A stretch of 64,000 bases of DNA, from assembly GCA_965209035.1 (NCBI GenBank), contig OZ242372.1, positions 1,312,001 to 1,376,000 of the forward strand, written 5' to 3'. The position numbers were made by a program, and so were the translations under genes. This stretch comes from Gammaproteobacteria bacterium (GTDB lineage: Bacteria; Pseudomonadota; Gammaproteobacteria; CBDBNL01; JAAOII01). Below the pieces are notes generated by a model, which saw only the letters and a program-made list of their open reading frames with translations, searched no databases and had not been told where the DNA came from. Within the stretch, counting starts at the first letter, position 1; each line of letters begins with the position of its first letter. Below are positions 61,458 through 64,000 of the stretch, piece after piece.

Positions 61458-61753
61458 TTGTTGGTTTTTGCCGGCTTTCGGCTTGCCGGCTTTTGTTTTT
61501 GCCGCAGGTGGCCGGTGTTAGGGTGCGGGAGTGTTTGTGCCAACGGGTTGGTTGGTGTTAGGGGCCGGGGGTGTTTGGTACAGATGCCGACAAACTGCCG
61601 GCGGTGTCTTTGGTAAGATCCAAGTAACCCGCAAAAACAATTCCCGGAAAATTACCTGCCCGACAGGATTATAATAACAAGAATTCATTCTTTCTTGGTT
61701 AAGAAACCGGGAAGGGATTGGATTAATAGCAAGTTGTATTAAATAAGATAGTT

Positions 61754-63565
61754 ATGAAAATTAAAAGAAAGATTATTTCCTTTGTCAGGGTTGTATTAAA
61801 TAAGATTATTAAGAAACTGGAGTGGTTAGATTCTCTGCTATCCGCTTGGTCCGGTTCTCCAACAGAAGTAAAATTACCGGAAGCGTTAAAAGACATCACG
61901 GAGAATATTATCCGTAATTTGACATCCGAGGATCCGACTGTTAAGTCGGTCGCTCTGAAAGGAAAGTGGGGTATCGGTAAAACTTACTATGTCGAGAAAT
62001 ACATTCAAACACACCGCGAAATACAAAAAAAGAAATTTATTTATGTTTCCTTGTGGGGGCATGAGTCTATTCATGATATTGAAATGGAACTTTTAGGGTC
62101 TACTTTTAATTTTTTGCCTAAAAAATTAAAAGCAAGGAAAAGTTCTGATAAATTGACTCAAAAAATTTCCGAGTTTCATTCTTTTGCTAAAGGAGTGGTT
62201 GATTTGGGAGCGGAAGTTTTGCGAAGAATATGGATAGGGAAACTGGGTCCGGAACACATTCTATGTTTTGACGACTTTGAACGATTGGATAAAAAACTAC
62301 GCAACGACTTCCTGGGCTGGATGAACCGCTTTACGGAGCATCAACATGTAAAAGTATTACTGGTATTTAATGACGAAAAGTTAGACAGAGAACAGATGCA
62401 AGAAACAGGCAAAACCAAACACTATCGCGAATACTTTGAAAAGGTAGTGGATATTGAATATGAGTATGTCCCGGATAAAAACTCCCAAGTGGATATTGTT
62501 TTTGATGAGGATGAGAAATACAATGCTATTAAAGACTACCTAAAAAAAGAGGTTGCTTTGGAAGGTATGACCAACATCCGCATCTTTCAAAAAATAAAAT
62601 TGTATTGGTCCAGGGTGCATGAGATTTTAGATAGTGAATTCAAAGAAAATGATCGTGCTAATTGGCAAACTTTATGGCGGGGTCAAGAATTAATGACGGC
62701 GGTTGTATATCAATGTGAAAAATTATTTAACAAAGATATAAATCGGGATACCGAGGAACAAAAAATGTTGCATCGAGTTCGTAAACTGCTTGCATCTCAC
62801 TCCTACTATCACGATATCGCCAAACTTCTTAAGAACGGATTTCTGACCCAGGCAGAAAAAGAGCGCTTTATAAAAAATATTGATGATAATTGGAATGAGT
62901 ATTCACAAGACGAAGTAAAAGCAAATAAAGAAGTGTTTAGATTTTTACGCAAAACTAAAAAAGAGGATCAACAGATATTTGGACAAGATCCCCTATCAGT
63001 TAGTAAAAGAATATTGAAGTTTATGGATGACCATAAATACAAATTTTCTTTGTACTATTTCAATGCCCTACTTGATTATGTTTCTAAAAATAATATGGAT
63101 GGATGCATTAGTAAATATTTAAAAATTAGTACAAGACAAGGAGAATATACTTGTGATGTTCTTCTTGCAGACGAGAATGCTATAAATATTCATTTTGCAT
63201 TACAAAAAAGATTAAAGCAGATCGCGGGTAAGCGTAGCCCGATGGTGGCAATAGGCGACTGTGCCGAACGCCTTATTTCTGGCAGCGTCACCCCGGAAGA
63301 TATTAGATTCTTAAGAGTTCAAACTGTTGAAGAGTTTAGAAACTGGTTACATGATCATTTATCTTCAGCGGGGCCAGGGCACCTAGGAGAAACAGAAGTA
63401 TCCTTAAGAAAAAAAGTCACTGCATTGCAAGGTCAGGGAGATGTTGCAATTCCAAAAGATATTCAAGAAACCTTTAAGAAAGCATTATGGAGAGTAGGAA
63501 AAGGAAATACTCATGTAGTGACAAAAGCCAGAGAACATGGCATCCTCTTTTATGATACCAAATAG
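61754..63565 (+). CDS. KAP-family P-loop NTPase
   Basis: Walker A GKWGIGKT, Walker B LCFDDFER, YFEKVVD; AT-rich. Confidence 0.8.
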   Translation: MKIKRKIISFVRVVLNKIIKKLEWLDSLLSAWSGSPTEVKLPEALKDITENIIRNLTSEDPTVKSVALKGKWGIGKTYYVEKYIQTHREIQKKKFIYVSLWGHESIHDIEMELLGSTFNFLPKKLKARKSSDKLTQKISEFHSFAKGVVDLGAEVLRRIWIGKLGPEHILCFDDFERLDKKLRNDFLGWMNRFTEHQHVKVLLVFNDEKLDREQMQETGKTKHYREYFEKVVDIEYEYVPDKNSQVDIVFDEDEKYNAIKDYLKKEVALEGMTNIRIFQKIKLYWSRVHEILDSEFKENDRANWQTLWRGQELMTAVVYQCEKLFNKDINRDTEEQKMLHRVRKLLASHSYYHDIAKLLKNGFLTQAEKERFIKNIDDNWNEYSQDEVKANKEVFRFLRKTKKEDQQIFGQDPLSVSKRILKFMDDHKYKFSLYYFNALLDYVSKNNMDGCISKYLKISTRQGEYTCDVLLADENAINIHFALQKRLKQIAGKRSPMVAIGDCAERLISGSVTPEDIRFLRVQTVEEFRNWLHDHLSSAGPGHLGETEVSLRKKVTALQGQGDVAIPKDIQETFKKALWRVGKGNTHVVTKAREHGILFYDTK

Positions 63566-63738
63566 GCATAATTCTACTTATTTGAGGCATCTTCCAGTTA
63601 AGAACCAAGCCGACTAGTAATGTTGAAGGGCGTAACGGGTATTGTGAAATAGGTTTGCTTAATGAAATTGAGTTGAATCGAGCCAAATAAAAACAAACAA
63701 CTCTCATTTATATCAAATAACACTACAATAACACTATT

Positions 63739-64000
63739 ATGAAAAAAGTTAAAGATTATTTAAAAACAGGTAACGCCAAATTCACAAGTGGCGATTATGA
63801 AAGTGCGATCAAAGATTATAGCGAAGCGATAAAACTTGAATCCAAAAACTCAGACGTATACAAGAAGCGCGGGAATGCCAAGTTAAAATTAGGATTTCAC
63901 CAAGAAGCACTGTCGGATTATGATCGTGCGATAGAATTGGATCCTAAAAACGCGGCTGCGTTCAACAATAGAGGGATTGTCAAATCAACATTAGGCTTTC
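63739..64000 (+). CDS. TPR-repeat protein, 5' part (truncated by window edge)
   Basis: GDYESAIKDYSEAIKL...RGNAK...ALSDYDRAIELDPKNAAAFNNRG. Confidence 0.85.
   Translation, partial: MKKVKDYLKTGNAKFTSGDYESAIKDYSEAIKLESKNSDVYKKRGNAKLKLGFHQEALSDYDRAIELDPKNAAAFNNRGIVKSTLGF

Overview
Bacterial chromosomal window, probably gammaproteobacterial, with scrambled gene order suggesting a host-associated lineage (inference). Two clusters (1-10.5 kb on +, 50-59 kb on -) encode six paralogous large surface proteins built from an FN3-like domain, Asp-rich TSP3-like repeats and a GLUG-like beta-helix. The five with visible N-termini have lipoboxes, and two have homopolymer/SSR tracts in their 5' coding regions. 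Between the clusters lie a tricarboxylate uptake/catabolism cluster (tctC, tctA-B fusion, PrpF family, tcuA, AKR), housekeeping genes (ilvA, ygfA, hup, ppiD, proC, yggT, hisZ, purA, prfB, lpxD, rpoZ, spoT, nnr, rubredoxin, trpG/pabA, tpx, alr, dnaB, purK, purE), a DNA methyltransferase-GIY-YIG/T5orf172 fusion disrupted by an IS1595 element, and a duplicated EF-hand/ECF sigma/anti-sigma module. The right end has IS remnants, a radical SAM gene, a KAP NTPase and a TPR gene. The most unusual signals are: (1) tandem, frame-preserving 'echo' copies of the 3' ends of prfB, nnr and rubredoxin; (2) a dispersed MITE-like element whose one end repeatedly faces gene starts; (3) apparent mosaicism and phase variation in the lipoprotein family; (4) AT-rich cargo bracketed by direct repeats of local sequence. 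No CRISPR array, reverse transcriptase, rRNA or tRNA was recognised. All calls are by eye, without database searches.
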